Shown: positions 35,689 through 44,352 of the stretch, in pieces
How positions within the stretch are numbered: position 1 is the stretch's first letter
Layout of the letters: each line of letters starts with the position of its first letter
Source of the DNA: a virus
Length of the DNA stretch: 64,000 nt
Direction: 5' to 3' (one strand)
IMG/VR virus record: IMGVR_UViG_3300035001_000006
Span: 8,823 to 72,822 of that record
Notes under the pieces: generated by a model
The model's database searches: none
Told to the model about the DNA's origin: nothing
The model's input: only the letters and a program-made list of their open reading frames with translations
Made by a program: the position numbers and the translations under genes

Positions 35689-35919
35689 ATGCCTGAACGC
35701 ATCATTGCCGTCGAGTCAATTGCAGCCGCCGCCGCTGGATGGAAGCAGACCAGTTCGGGGCTCCCGGTCGCTTGCTTCGCGCTCGTGCGAACCATCCCCG
35801 AGGACACGCCGGCAATTCAGAACACGTACATCGTGCCGATCACTTCCGAAATGGTCGGCACCGACCTTGTCGGCTACGAGATCGGGTACACAGAATTCGA
35901 AGTGAATTTCGACGCCTAG
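35689..35919 (+). CDS. Hypothetical protein
   Basis: MPERIIAVESI...; RBS AAGGA. Confidence 0.55.
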   Translation: MPERIIAVESIAAAAAGWKQTSSGLPVACFALVRTIPEDTPAIQNTYIVPITSEMVGTDLVGYEIGYTEFEVNFDA

Positions 35920-35940
35920 TAGGCGACACAGCGCCTTACT

Positions 35941-36001
35941 AAGCCCGCTGACCGCGGGCTTTTTCATTCCCAGAACCAAGCCCGCCGCGCGCGGGCTTTT
36001 T
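35941..36001 (+). terminator. Tandem Rho-independent terminators
   Basis: AAGCCCGC-TGACC-GCGGGCTTTTT (35941-35964) and AAGCCCGC-CGCGC-GCGGGCTTTTT (35978-36001). Confidence 0.75.
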
Positions 36002-36013
36002 CACGCCTGGACC

Positions 36014-36277
36014 ATGGACAAGATCATCCTCAAAAGCCGGCGCCTCGGCATCGGAGCGCTCGTCACGGCAGCCGCCGGCCTCTCCTGCGCCCACTTCCCG
36101 ACTGGCATCACCGACAACGGCCGCGGCACCGCGCTGCGCCGCGGCCGCCGCCATCGCCCCATGGTCGTCGACACGTCGGCGCGCCAGGTCAGCGACCCCG
36201 AGATCGCAGCCTGGAACGCGGCTGTCGACCGCAAGAGGGCCGAAAAGCGCCGAGCCAAGCTCTCGCGGGAGGCATGA
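36014..36277 (+). CDS. Hypothetical basic protein
   Basis: 87 aa; abuts the next gene. Confidence 0.55.
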   Translation: MDKIILKSRRLGIGALVTAAAGLSCAHFPTGITDNGRGTALRRGRRHRPMVVDTSARQVSDPEIAAWNAAVDRKRAEKRRAKLSREA

Positions 36278-36278
36278 C

Positions 36279-36836
36279 ATGGGCTGGTCCTTCAGCTGCG
36301 ACGTGAACTACACGATCGCCGATCAGCTCGCTGACTTCCGCAAGCCCGGCCGCTACTCAGCAGGCTACACCCTGCTGCGCAGCGTGCGCGTCGGCAACAA
36401 CCACTGGGCGCTGCTCGAGATGGCCAACGGCCATCACGTCATCGCGCTGGATCTCATGAAAGGGCCGAGCAAGAAGCACGGCGAAGGTGCCGGCTACAAG
36501 GGGATCGACGAAATGTGGGGCCCGGTCGAGGTCAACTGCCCGCTTTCGATCCTCGACAACGCCAGGGCACCCGAGAACCAGTTCGCCTACGAGTGGCGGA
36601 AGAAGGTCCGCGCCTATCACGAGGCGAAGAAGGCAAAGAAGAAGGCGATCGAGCCCGGCACCGTCGTTGAGTACGGCGGCATCAAGTACCGGCTGGAAAG
36701 CCCGCGCGGCCCGCGTAAAGGCTGGAACGTGACACGACTTGACCAGCCGGGCTCTGCCTATCGCATGAGGGCGAACCAGATCGCAACCGCCAGGGTCATC
36801 GGGGAGGAAATCTGTGAACAACCTGCAACCGCTTGA
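36279..36836 (+). CDS. Conserved phage/MGE hypothetical protein
   Basis: MGWSF...GYKGIDEMWGPVEVNCPLSILD...AYEWRKKVR, a pattern recalled from phage and plasmid hypotheticals. Confidence 0.75.
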   Translation: MGWSFSCDVNYTIADQLADFRKPGRYSAGYTLLRSVRVGNNHWALLEMANGHHVIALDLMKGPSKKHGEGAGYKGIDEMWGPVEVNCPLSILDNARAPENQFAYEWRKKVRAYHEAKKAKKKAIEPGTVVEYGGIKYRLESPRGPRKGWNVTRLDQPGSAYRMRANQIATARVIGEEICEQPATA

Positions 36837-37104
36837 CACGGTGCCCCCCTTCACCCGCGACCTCCAGGATCGCTTGAACCTGAAGTGGTCGGCATCCTTC
36901 GACCCGCCGGCCATCGGGACGGACGTCATCCTGAGCATCAACGCAATCGGACGCGCGAAGGTCGTCGGCTACGCCGAGCTGGACGGCTACCTCGGCCTGA
37001 TGACGGTCCCCTACAGCCCGCCTGCATGGTGGATCGAGCAGAACGGGCGGCCCGGCGAGGCTGCTCCGGCACTCGCATTCGGCGCCGAGGTGTCCCTCCC
37101 ATGA
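36814..37104 (+). CDS. Hypothetical protein
   Basis: 96 aa; GTG start with GGGGAGGA RBS. Confidence 0.65.
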   Translation: MNNLQPLDTVPPFTRDLQDRLNLKWSASFDPPAIGTDVILSINAIGRAKVVGYAELDGYLGLMTVPYSPPAWWIEQNGRPGEAAPALAFGAEVSLP

Positions 37105-37328
37105 AGCGCACCTTCATCATCTCGATCGAAGTCGAGGTCAACGACGAAGACCTGCTGCGCGCCGCCGCGCTGCGGCGAGCCCTCGCAGATGGCGTCGACG
37201 AGCTGGACTGGCTGGAAACGCAGGCCGCCGGCGGCCCCGGCGCCGACCTGCAGATGCTGCTCGACCCTGGCTCTATGTGGGACGAGGGCTGCTCGATCAA
37301 TCAGTCCTACGTGGAGGAGCAACTGTGA
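37101..37328 (+). CDS. Hypothetical acidic protein
   Basis: MKRTFIISIEVEVNDEDLL...; ATGA overlap. Confidence 0.65.
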   Translation: MKRTFIISIEVEVNDEDLLRAAALRRALADGVDELDWLETQAAGGPGADLQMLLDPGSMWDEGCSINQSYVEEQL

Positions 37329-37588
37329 AGCGCAGTGATGCCCTGCCCTATGTCGGCTACTGCGTCGACGACTCGCTCAACTCCTTCGAGGGTACCGAGG
37401 CAACGATCCCCGACAACGCCAGGCTCGTGGGCTGGCAGTGCGGCTTCGAACCCATGTTCGTCGCCGTCTGGTCGTACCTCGGCAGCCGGCTCGACGACGA
37501 CGACGCGATCGACATCGCAACGGACCTGCTCGACGAAATGGGCTGGTTCGGCGACGAGATGCCGCGCGAACCCGACTACGTGATCTGA
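37325..37588 (+). CDS. Hypothetical acidic protein
   Basis: GTGA overlap; RBS GGAGGA. Confidence 0.65.
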   Translation: MKRSDALPYVGYCVDDSLNSFEGTEATIPDNARLVGWQCGFEPMFVAVWSYLGSRLDDDDAIDIATDLLDEMGWFGDEMPREPDYVI

Positions 37589-37598
37589 AAGACACAGC

Positions 37599-37898
37599 AT
37601 GAACATCCCCATTACCGTGATCGATCCGCAATCCCTGGCGCTCTACGAGCTAAACGGGAATCTCTATAGCGGACAACAACTGCAAGCAGCACTGCGCGTC
37701 TGCTTCGACATGGCCGTCAGCTACGCGATGGCGGAGCCGAGGAACGGCGGCAACGAGCACATCGAATGGGAGTGGCTCGACGAGGTCGCGGAGCTCGCCG
37801 ACGAGGTGATGGCCGACCGGATGGACGAGGTCACGCAGGAGGCCCGCGATAACAACGAGTACGTTGAAGAGACCGAGCGCGAAGGCGAGGAGGACTGA
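37599..37898 (+). CDS. Hypothetical acidic protein
   Basis: 99 aa, very Asp/Glu-rich C-half. Confidence 0.7.
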   Translation: MNIPITVIDPQSLALYELNGNLYSGQQLQAALRVCFDMAVSYAMAEPRNGGNEHIEWEWLDEVAELADEVMADRMDEVTQEARDNNEYVEETEREGEED

Positions 37899-37899
37899 G

Positions 37900-38199
37900 A
37901 TGGCACACATGAAACCCGAGATCTTCGAAGGCGAGTACTTCCAGGTCGACACTTCCACCGGCACCGAAATTGTCTCAGCGAGCGACTTCGGCGTGCTGCG
38001 AGCTGATGTCGAGGCAGCGCTACTCACCCCCTACCTCGAAGGCGAACCCACCGATCCGTTGGAAGTCGTACAGCGTAAGAGCGGTTGGCTGGGCCGCATG
38101 TCCGCGCCCGGCTACATGGACCGTACCGACTGGAACGTGTTCGACACGCAGTGGCAGGCGCGGACGTACCTCATCGCCAACTACCAAGACGACGACTAA
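37900..38199 (+). CDS. Hypothetical protein
   Basis: MAHMKPEIFEG...GWLGRMSAPGYMDRTDWNVFDT; RBS GAGGAGG. Confidence 0.75.
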   Translation: MAHMKPEIFEGEYFQVDTSTGTEIVSASDFGVLRADVEAALLTPYLEGEPTDPLEVVQRKSGWLGRMSAPGYMDRTDWNVFDTQWQARTYLIANYQDDD

Positions 38200-38403
38200 A
38201 TCCTGGTCGATGTCCCGTCGCACTTCCTATGGGCGCTGATCAACGACGACCGCACGGGGCTGAGCGACCAAGACGAGGCCGACCTCGAAGCATTTCTTGC
38301 GAACAACCCCGAGGCCCAACGGATCGTCGACACCGCGCCACAGGCCCATTTCGACGGCTACCAAGACGTCACCGAGTGCATCTGCCAGCTCGAGAACGAC
38401 CCG

Positions 38404-38631
38404 ATGCCTCAAGGACCGAAGAGCAACACCGAGTTCGTCCGCGACCTGATGGAGTACAGCCGCAACGGGCCGCTGATCCAGGCTTTCATCATCCAGGCAC
38501 TCGATCGCTTTTCGAAGCGGGTGGCCGCCGGCAAGCCCGAGGACTTCGACAGCGCCATGGTGAGCGGGCGGGCCTGGCACGACTGCGGCGCGGAGCTGCA
38601 GGAGAAGCTCAACGCCCGCTTGGGCGCCTGA
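38404..38631 (+). CDS. Hypothetical protein (frame is open back to 38200 without a standard start)
   Basis: 75 aa from ATG; the in-frame upstream segment is also protein-like. Confidence 0.65.
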   Translation: MPQGPKSNTEFVRDLMEYSRNGPLIQAFIIQALDRFSKRVAAGKPEDFDSAMVSGRAWHDCGAELQEKLNARLGA

Positions 38632-38687
38632 CCCCCGACAACGTCAATCACTTCGCGCCCGAGACCGCTCGGGTGCTGGGAGAACTC

Positions 38688-39233
38688 ATGCTGCAAGCCA
38701 TGAAGCCGAAGCTCACCGAAACGGACCAGCGTGTAGAAGACGCACTGGTCGAGATGGGGATCACCTACGACACCCAGTACCTCGGCGAGCGCGAGGAAGT
38801 CAGCGACGACGGTCGTCCTTGGAAGCATGATCTATGGACCATCACCTTCGTGCGTCGCGAGGGCGAGATCTTCGCCAAGAAGGTTGGGGAGCTGCGCCAA
38901 GACTACCGCACCGGGATCGGCCAGCGAGCATTTCCGCCTGGCGCAGTCACTCCAAGACCGCCTTACACACCCAATACGCTCGCCTGGCACGACTGGCAAG
39001 CCACCAAGCGCGCAGTGCGGCCAACGGCCGCCGCCGTTCTCCACAGCATGTTCATGGACACACTGAGTGTTCAAGCCACTTTCGAGGACTGGTGTGATGA
39101 ATGCGGGGCCTGCTCTGACTCAATCAAGGCTCTCTGCACCTACCGGAGCTGCCAACAACTACTGATCGAACTGCGCACGTTCTTTGCGCGCGGACAGTCT
39201 GAGCGACTGGCGTCACTCGTGGAGGACTATTAA
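38688..39233 (+). CDS. Hypothetical protein
   Basis: RBS GGGAGA; QDYRTGIGQR, TFEDWCDECGACSDSIKALCTYRSC. Confidence 0.7.
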   Translation: MLQAMKPKLTETDQRVEDALVEMGITYDTQYLGEREEVSDDGRPWKHDLWTITFVRREGEIFAKKVGELRQDYRTGIGQRAFPPGAVTPRPPYTPNTLAWHDWQATKRAVRPTAAAVLHSMFMDTLSVQATFEDWCDECGACSDSIKALCTYRSCQQLLIELRTFFARGQSERLASLVEDY

Positions 39234-39601
39234 TGTTCCACGAACACGAAGCAATCATCTGCACGGTGCTGGAAGGCGGCAACCTCGAGCTGACGTTGTC
39301 CTGCCCGGAGGCTCGAGACTGGCTGATCGAGGGGATGCAGTCGAGACCAAGCGACGACCTGCTGTGGGAGGGCATGGAGCACTACTGGTGCAACGGCCAG
39401 TTCGAGCCATTCTGCGCAGGCCTCGGCAACCCGTTCGTAGGGCTGACCGATGCCCCGTGTATCGCCGAGGCGATGGACCTAGACGACAACGGCCTGAAGA
39501 CCATCCACGGCCGCTGCTGGTGGTTCCCCGCCTACATGGTCCGTGACTTCGCACAAGACCTGCTCGAGTGGGGTCGAGCCATCTTTCAACTCGCCCCATG
39601 A
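39233..39601 (+). CDS. Hypothetical protein
   Basis: 122 aa; TAATG overlap. Confidence 0.7.
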   Translation: MFHEHEAIICTVLEGGNLELTLSCPEARDWLIEGMQSRPSDDLLWEGMEHYWCNGQFEPFCAGLGNPFVGLTDAPCIAEAMDLDDNGLKTIHGRCWWFPAYMVRDFAQDLLEWGRAIFQLAP

Positions 39602-40215
39602 ACTACTTCGATCCGCACGGCGAATCGATCAGCGTCTTCGACGTCTGCCACGCCTACCAGTTGCTGGAGGCCAACTACAGCCATGGCGGATGGCTGCGCG
39701 AGCGCCCCTCGAATAAGCGCCGCATGGAATCCATCGGCTGCCAGCTTGGCCGACTCGGCTACTCGGACGTCTACCGCACGGTAGATCTATGGGCGGACGA
39801 GGAAGAAGTCTCCGACGAGTTGGAGACCTCCAGCGACAACGAGAGCGTTCGTTACGTCTACTTCAAAAAGGTGCTCGAGTGGGGGCTTCCGCTCGACGAT
39901 GACGACCGCGCAGTGATCGACCGCACTTTCACGATCGAAGCCATCGAGAGATGGAGGCCCGACTACTTCCGCATGCGGCCCTGGCGAGCCGTTGTGCGAC
40001 CCGACTACTGCCCTGGGGATCTGGACATGCCTGTCTGGCAGGTCCACCTCCCCGACAACGCCACTGACATCAAGGCCGTCCTCTGCGATGGCAACGGCCC
40101 AATCAACTTCCACAGCTACAGCGAAGCAACCCAGAAGGCGAAAAGCCTCACAGAGGAAATGAATGCACGCAACCAAGGAGCCGGCGCGCAAGACGCGCAA
40201 CGCCCCGGCGCATAA
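39598..40215 (+). CDS. Hypothetical protein
   Basis: MNYFDPHGESISVFDVCHAYQLLEANY..GGWLRERPSN; ATGA overlap. Confidence 0.7.
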   Translation: MNYFDPHGESISVFDVCHAYQLLEANYSHGGWLRERPSNKRRMESIGCQLGRLGYSDVYRTVDLWADEEEVSDELETSSDNESVRYVYFKKVLEWGLPLDDDDRAVIDRTFTIEAIERWRPDYFRMRPWRAVVRPDYCPGDLDMPVWQVHLPDNATDIKAVLCDGNGPINFHSYSEATQKAKSLTEEMNARNQGAGAQDAQRPGA

Positions 40216-40903
40216 GCCGGCCACCTACAGCTACCACTTCACCCGCGTCAGCGGGAATCAGAAGACCGGCCCGATGCCTGTCACCACGACAAGCAGCAAC
40301 TCGTGCCCTCCCACCTGCAGCTTCAAGAAGAATGGATGCTACGCCGAGCACGGCCCGCTTGCCATTCACTGGCGGCAGATCGACGCAGGCAAGCGCGGCA
40401 CCCCGTTCGATGAGCTTCTCGAGGAGGTGCGCACCATTCGCCGCAACGCACTGTGGCGCCACAACCAAGCGGGCGACCTGACCCCGACAACGCCGGGGAA
40501 GATCGACGGGCAGCTGCTCACACGGCTTGCGATCGCGAATAGGGGTCGCCGCGGGTTCACTTACACCCACTACAAGCCGACGCCGCACAACCGCGCAGCG
40601 ATCCGGACGGCGAACCTCATGGGGTTCACGATCAACCTGAGCGCCGAGACGCTCGAACAGGCCGACGAGTACGCGGATATCGGCATCGCGCCGGTGGTCG
40701 TCGTGCTCCCAGCCGACGCCACGAAGGCGACAAAGACGCCGAACGGCCGGCTGGTAATCGTCTGCCCCGCCACCACCGGCAACACCGACTGCTTGAACTG
40801 CGGCATCTGCCAGCAGGTCGATCGCAAGGCGATCGTCGGGTTCCCTGCACACGGCAGTGGCCAGAAAAAGGCCCAGGCTGTTTTCTTCATGGAGCGAAAG
40901 TGA
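40163..40903 (+). CDS. Cys-rich phage protein with a radical-SAM-like CxxxC...CYA motif
   Basis: SCPPTCSFKKNGCYA, WRHNQAGD, GFTYTH, GFTINLSAET, CPATTGNTDCLNCGIC. Confidence 0.75.
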   Translation: MHATKEPARKTRNAPAHKPATYSYHFTRVSGNQKTGPMPVTTTSSNSCPPTCSFKKNGCYAEHGPLAIHWRQIDAGKRGTPFDELLEEVRTIRRNALWRHNQAGDLTPTTPGKIDGQLLTRLAIANRGRRGFTYTHYKPTPHNRAAIRTANLMGFTINLSAETLEQADEYADIGIAPVVVVLPADATKATKTPNGRLVIVCPATTGNTDCLNCGICQQVDRKAIVGFPAHGSGQKKAQAVFFMERK

Positions 40904-41247
40904 AAACTGCACGCATCACATTCCTGATCGAGCTCGGCGTCGAGCCACGATCGGACCACATCGTGTCCGACAAGGGCGCCGGATTCGGCCTGGCCCTGAA
41001 GCCTGTGCAAGGCTGCCAGGTCATCGGGGAGCCGAGGATCGAAGTCGACGACCACCACCGGTGCTCGATGAGCGCGGCGCAGCTGCTGGCTGCGCTCAGG
41101 GCCATGCGCCAGTACGGCGGCGGCTTCGCGGGACGACTTGCCGACCTGCTCGAAGTATCCGACGGCGGCAACACCGAGAAGCTGCTCGACGCGTTCCACG
41201 ACCTGCTGTGGGGCTATGTGCCCATGGGCCTGGAGGTGCGCGGATGA
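40900..41247 (+). CDS. Hypothetical protein
   Basis: GTGA overlap; AMRQYGGGFAGRLADLL. Confidence 0.65.
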   Translation: MKTARITFLIELGVEPRSDHIVSDKGAGFGLALKPVQGCQVIGEPRIEVDDHHRCSMSAAQLLAALRAMRQYGGGFAGRLADLLEVSDGGNTEKLLDAFHDLLWGYVPMGLEVRG

Positions 41248-41753
41248 GCAGCATCAGCTGGAACTCGAAGTACATCGATGGCCGCCAAGTCGAAGCCCGC
41301 ATCGCGGAGTTGGAGAACGACGTCTCCGATTTCGAAAAGATGGCTGCGAACGCCGGATGGTCTTTCCGAACCGAAGGCGATCTCTGGGTGGCAGTAGGTC
41401 CCGAGGTCGATGGCTCACCTGGCAACGTCTACACCGACGAATCGCGCGATGTGGTCGTGGTGTGCGCGGCCGAGGATGCCGGCGCGCGATGGGCCGACGT
41501 CACAGACGTTGAAGAGCTACACGACCTCCGCCAGCTGCGCGAAGAGGCCCAGAGCTACGGTGGCTGGCCCAACTGCACGCTGATCAACGAGGACAACTGG
41601 GTCGAATACGCGCAACAGTACGCCGATGACCTCGGCGGGGTTACCGACGAGTGGCCGCCTCGGCACATCGACTGGGACGCAGCGGCTGAGGCCCTACGCG
41701 AGGACTACACCGAGGTGCAGTTCTCCGGCAGTTCTTTCTACGTGAGGACGTGA
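41244..41753 (+). CDS. Acidic antirestriction-like (ArdA C-terminus-like) protein
   Basis: Highly acidic; EYAQQYADD...HIDWDAAAEALREDYTEVQF resembles the ArdA-type C-terminal motif. Confidence 0.55.
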   Translation: MSSISWNSKYIDGRQVEARIAELENDVSDFEKMAANAGWSFRTEGDLWVAVGPEVDGSPGNVYTDESRDVVVVCAAEDAGARWADVTDVEELHDLRQLREEAQSYGGWPNCTLINEDNWVEYAQQYADDLGGVTDEWPPRHIDWDAAAEALREDYTEVQFSGSSFYVRT

Positions 41754-41926
41754 TGGAAGTTCTCGAAGCGCCCACCACCGCAGATGCGTACGGCCTCGAC
41801 CAGGACTTCCTGGAACGCGTGGACCGCGCCACTCACCACTACAAGGTGCACGACCCGCTACAGCTTGACCGCGTGCACCTCGCGATCGAGGAAGAGCTGC
41901 GCATGAACAGATCTGGAGGCTACTGA
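41753..41926 (+). CDS. Hypothetical protein, 57 aa
   Basis: TGATG overlap; read manually, fills the gap exactly. Confidence 0.55.
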   Translation: MEVLEAPTTADAYGLDQDFLERVDRATHHYKVHDPLQLDRVHLAIEEELRMNRSGGY

Positions 41927-41927
41927 C

Positions 41928-42224
41928 ATGGCGAAACTGATTGGAAGCAAGTCCTTCGAGGCAGAGATGGTCCTCGAGGGTAGTTGGGGCAGCCGGAGGC
42001 ATGGGAAGCACAGCTCGACCATGGAGCTCTGGCAGCTCGATGACCCGGGCCGCTACTTCATCGAATGGGACATCCCCGACATGGACCGCACCGAAGAGAT
42101 CGGCATCTGGGTCGATCACGGCACGCGCGAGTTGACTGACTACGACGGCGTCTTCTCGCTCCCCGTCGAGGCAATCGCGCTGCTCGAGAAGCACGGCATC
42201 AAGGTGGGAGACGACTTCCGTTGA
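41928..42224 (+). CDS. Hypothetical protein
   Basis: 98 aa; RBS GGAGG. Confidence 0.7.
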   Translation: MAKLIGSKSFEAEMVLEGSWGSRRHGKHSSTMELWQLDDPGRYFIEWDIPDMDRTEEIGIWVDHGTRELTDYDGVFSLPVEAIALLEKHGIKVGDDFR

Positions 42225-42472
42225 AGCTGGACCTCCGACCGAACCGCATCCGATCCGCGCACCGACGCGAGCCTCTCTACACCCTCACCGAAGTTGCCGA
42301 GCGCCTGAAGACCTCCACAAACCGGATCGTGGCCGTCTGTCGCCACCATCCCGGGCTTCAGTGCGAGAAGGTCATCGGCGCGTCCACCGTCGCGCCGCGG
42401 CGTCGGCTCTACCGCATGTCCGCGGTCCGAGCCTGGTGGGCCGCCGCGCCACCACACATGAAAGGGTCCTGA
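42221..42472 (+). CDS. Xis/MerR-like winged-helix DNA-binding protein
   Basis: LYTLTEVAERLKTSTNRI...RRLYRMSAVRAW. Confidence 0.55.
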   Translation: MKLDLRPNRIRSAHRREPLYTLTEVAERLKTSTNRIVAVCRHHPGLQCEKVIGASTVAPRRRLYRMSAVRAWWAAAPPHMKGS

Positions 42473-42473
42473 C

Positions 42474-42704
42474 ATGCCACGAACCATCCGAGTCAGTGTC
42501 CGCGAAGACGTGACCGAGCGACAGACGCTCGACTTCGAGATCCCCGACGAACTCGATGTCAACGACACCGACGCACTGCAGGAGTACTTCGAGGAGGCCT
42601 TCATCGAAGGTAGCTATCGCGAAGTGCCGAACACCAAGGACCTCGCCATCGAAGAGCGAGTGTTCTACGACCCCGAGATTCTGACCCAGGGGAAAACCGC
42701 ATGA
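42474..42704 (+). CDS. Hypothetical acidic protein
   Basis: 76 aa. Confidence 0.65.
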   Translation: MPRTIRVSVREDVTERQTLDFEIPDELDVNDTDALQEYFEEAFIEGSYREVPNTKDLAIEERVFYDPEILTQGKTA

Positions 42705-42958
42705 AGTTCTTCGCCCGAACCGACACCGAACCCGCCCGCTACTTCGGAACGCAGGCTGAAGCCCACAACGACGGCCGGACCGAGGCCCCCCAGTGGCGAT
42801 CCGCCGTTCGCATCAAGGAGGTCGACCTCAAGTGCGACAAGGACGCCATCCTGCGTCTGCTGCAAGAAGGGCCCGCCGGCGCCGAGGACCTCCTGGGAGG
42901 CCGGGGCCGCACCTGGACCCTCACATCACGCGGAGGCTTGAAGGAACTCGACGCATGA
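42701..42958 (+). CDS. Hypothetical protein
   Basis: 85 aa; ATGA overlap. Confidence 0.65.
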   Translation: MKFFARTDTEPARYFGTQAEAHNDGRTEAPQWRSAVRIKEVDLKCDKDAILRLLQEGPAGAEDLLGGRGRTWTLTSRGGLKELDA

Positions 42959-43266
42959 TCTGCGAGGTGTGCGGCAGGCCTACCCGTGTGCTCGCCACCC
43001 GCGAGGGGGAGCACGGGACCGTGACGCGACGGCGCGAGTGCACGAACGAGCACCCACACCGCTTCACGACGTTCGAGATCCATGAAGCGCCTTTCCGAAA
43101 CGTCGCGAAGCGCGTCGGTCGATACGCCTTCGGGCGAGAACTCCGGCTTGCCTTGCGCCGCAGGGACGAATCGATCATTTCCGACCCTCGCCAGGCGCGG
43201 GAGGTTGCCGCTGCCCACGGCATTCACCCCGCGCATGTCCGGCGCATCCGGCGGATGCAACTCTGA
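42955..43266 (+). CDS. NrdR-type Zn-ribbon protein with a C-terminal HTH
   Basis: CEVCGRPTRVLATR...TRRRECTNEHPHRFTTFE; AREVAAAHGIHPAHVRRIR. Confidence 0.75.
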   Translation: MICEVCGRPTRVLATREGEHGTVTRRRECTNEHPHRFTTFEIHEAPFRNVAKRVGRYAFGRELRLALRRRDESIISDPRQAREVAAAHGIHPAHVRRIRRMQL

Positions 43267-43274
43267 CAGGAACC

Positions 43275-43559
43275 ATGCCTCACCAACACGCAAGGGACGC
43301 CCTTCTCCGCGCGCTCAGCGCACTTCGCTTACCCCTCACCGCGCTGCAGCTTGCCGGCGTCATTGAGACCGTTCTGGACCAGATCGCCCAGGAGCTGCAG
43401 GACGCAGAGATGTTCCGTTGGATCTCCGACAACGCAACGATTAGCTGGGACACCGCCCACGAGAACGCCCAGGTCTGCTTCCCCCTCAAGGCCGACTTCT
43501 TCGACACGATCGAGGACGCGGTTCGAAAAGCAATGGGCGACGAGCCCGAGGATTCATGA
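43275..43559 (+). CDS. Hypothetical protein
   Basis: 94 aa; RBS CAGGA. Confidence 0.6.
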   Translation: MPHQHARDALLRALSALRLPLTALQLAGVIETVLDQIAQELQDAEMFRWISDNATISWDTAHENAQVCFPLKADFFDTIEDAVRKAMGDEPEDS

Positions 43560-43819
43560 TGAACTTCAACGACACCACTTCGCACGAGCGCCAGGTGAAC
43601 TGCACCGTGCCCCAGAAGGAGATGTTCCGGTTGGTGGCTGAACACGTCGCGAAGGAGGCGAACTTCGACTTCAACGCGCCGATCGGCGTTCGTGCTCGCG
43701 TTTACATCAGCGAGAGCAACCGCGGCAGCATCACGGGCTCCGTCGAGCGCAACGTGCGCGTGGAGCTCACGCAGGACCTGCTGCCGACGGCCGGCCCTTC
43801 CCGGTACGAGTTCACCTGA
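43556..43819 (+). CDS. Hypothetical protein
   Basis: 87 aa; ATGA overlap. Confidence 0.65.
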   Translation: MMNFNDTTSHERQVNCTVPQKEMFRLVAEHVAKEANFDFNAPIGVRARVYISESNRGSITGSVERNVRVELTQDLLPTAGPSRYEFT

Positions 43820-44136
43820 TGGGCAGCGTCGACCGTCGCCTCCGACGCGAGTTCGACTCGCACGTCGACACCATCATGGATCGCTCATCCAAGGCTGCCG
43901 CCTATGCAGCCGACCCGCAGTGGAAGGTCCGCGCCTACCACCAATGGCTTGGGGAGCGCGACGACGTGTTCGTCTCGCCCGAACCTGAGCCCGTGCTCTC
44001 TGGCTTCGAACTCGAAGTCGAACTGCGCGGGATCATCTCCTTCTGCGAAGACTTCCTTTGCGGCTTCGAGGACGACCGCGACCAGCACGGCGTCGTGGAG
44101 ACGCTCGAGCGAATCAGAAAACTTCCGCCGCTCTGA
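43819..44136 (+). CDS. Hypothetical protein
   Basis: 105 aa; TGATG overlap. Confidence 0.6.
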   Translation: MGSVDRRLRREFDSHVDTIMDRSSKAAAYAADPQWKVRAYHQWLGERDDVFVSPEPEPVLSGFELEVELRGIISFCEDFLCGFEDDRDQHGVVETLERIRKLPPL

Positions 44137-44352
44137 GCGGCGCACCCCGACATCGTCAACGACACCGGCCACCTGCACAGGTCTGGCCAGCCTGACCCTG
44201 CTTGACTGAGAGACAAAGATCTCTACTGCGCGGACCTCTTGCGCAATCGGCGACCGCGGCCGAGACAAGAAGAGGTGGATGCCTTGAGCTGACATAGAGC
44301 AGCGCAGCGCGATATTGCGCTAGGGAGCACCCCCCTTACATGCGGACAAACA

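Noticed and set aside
28955-44160. Reading the motif complement TTGACG as the -35 of antisense sigma70 promoters
   Set aside because: At 28968, 38646 and 44160 no -10-like hexamer lies 16-18 nt downstream.
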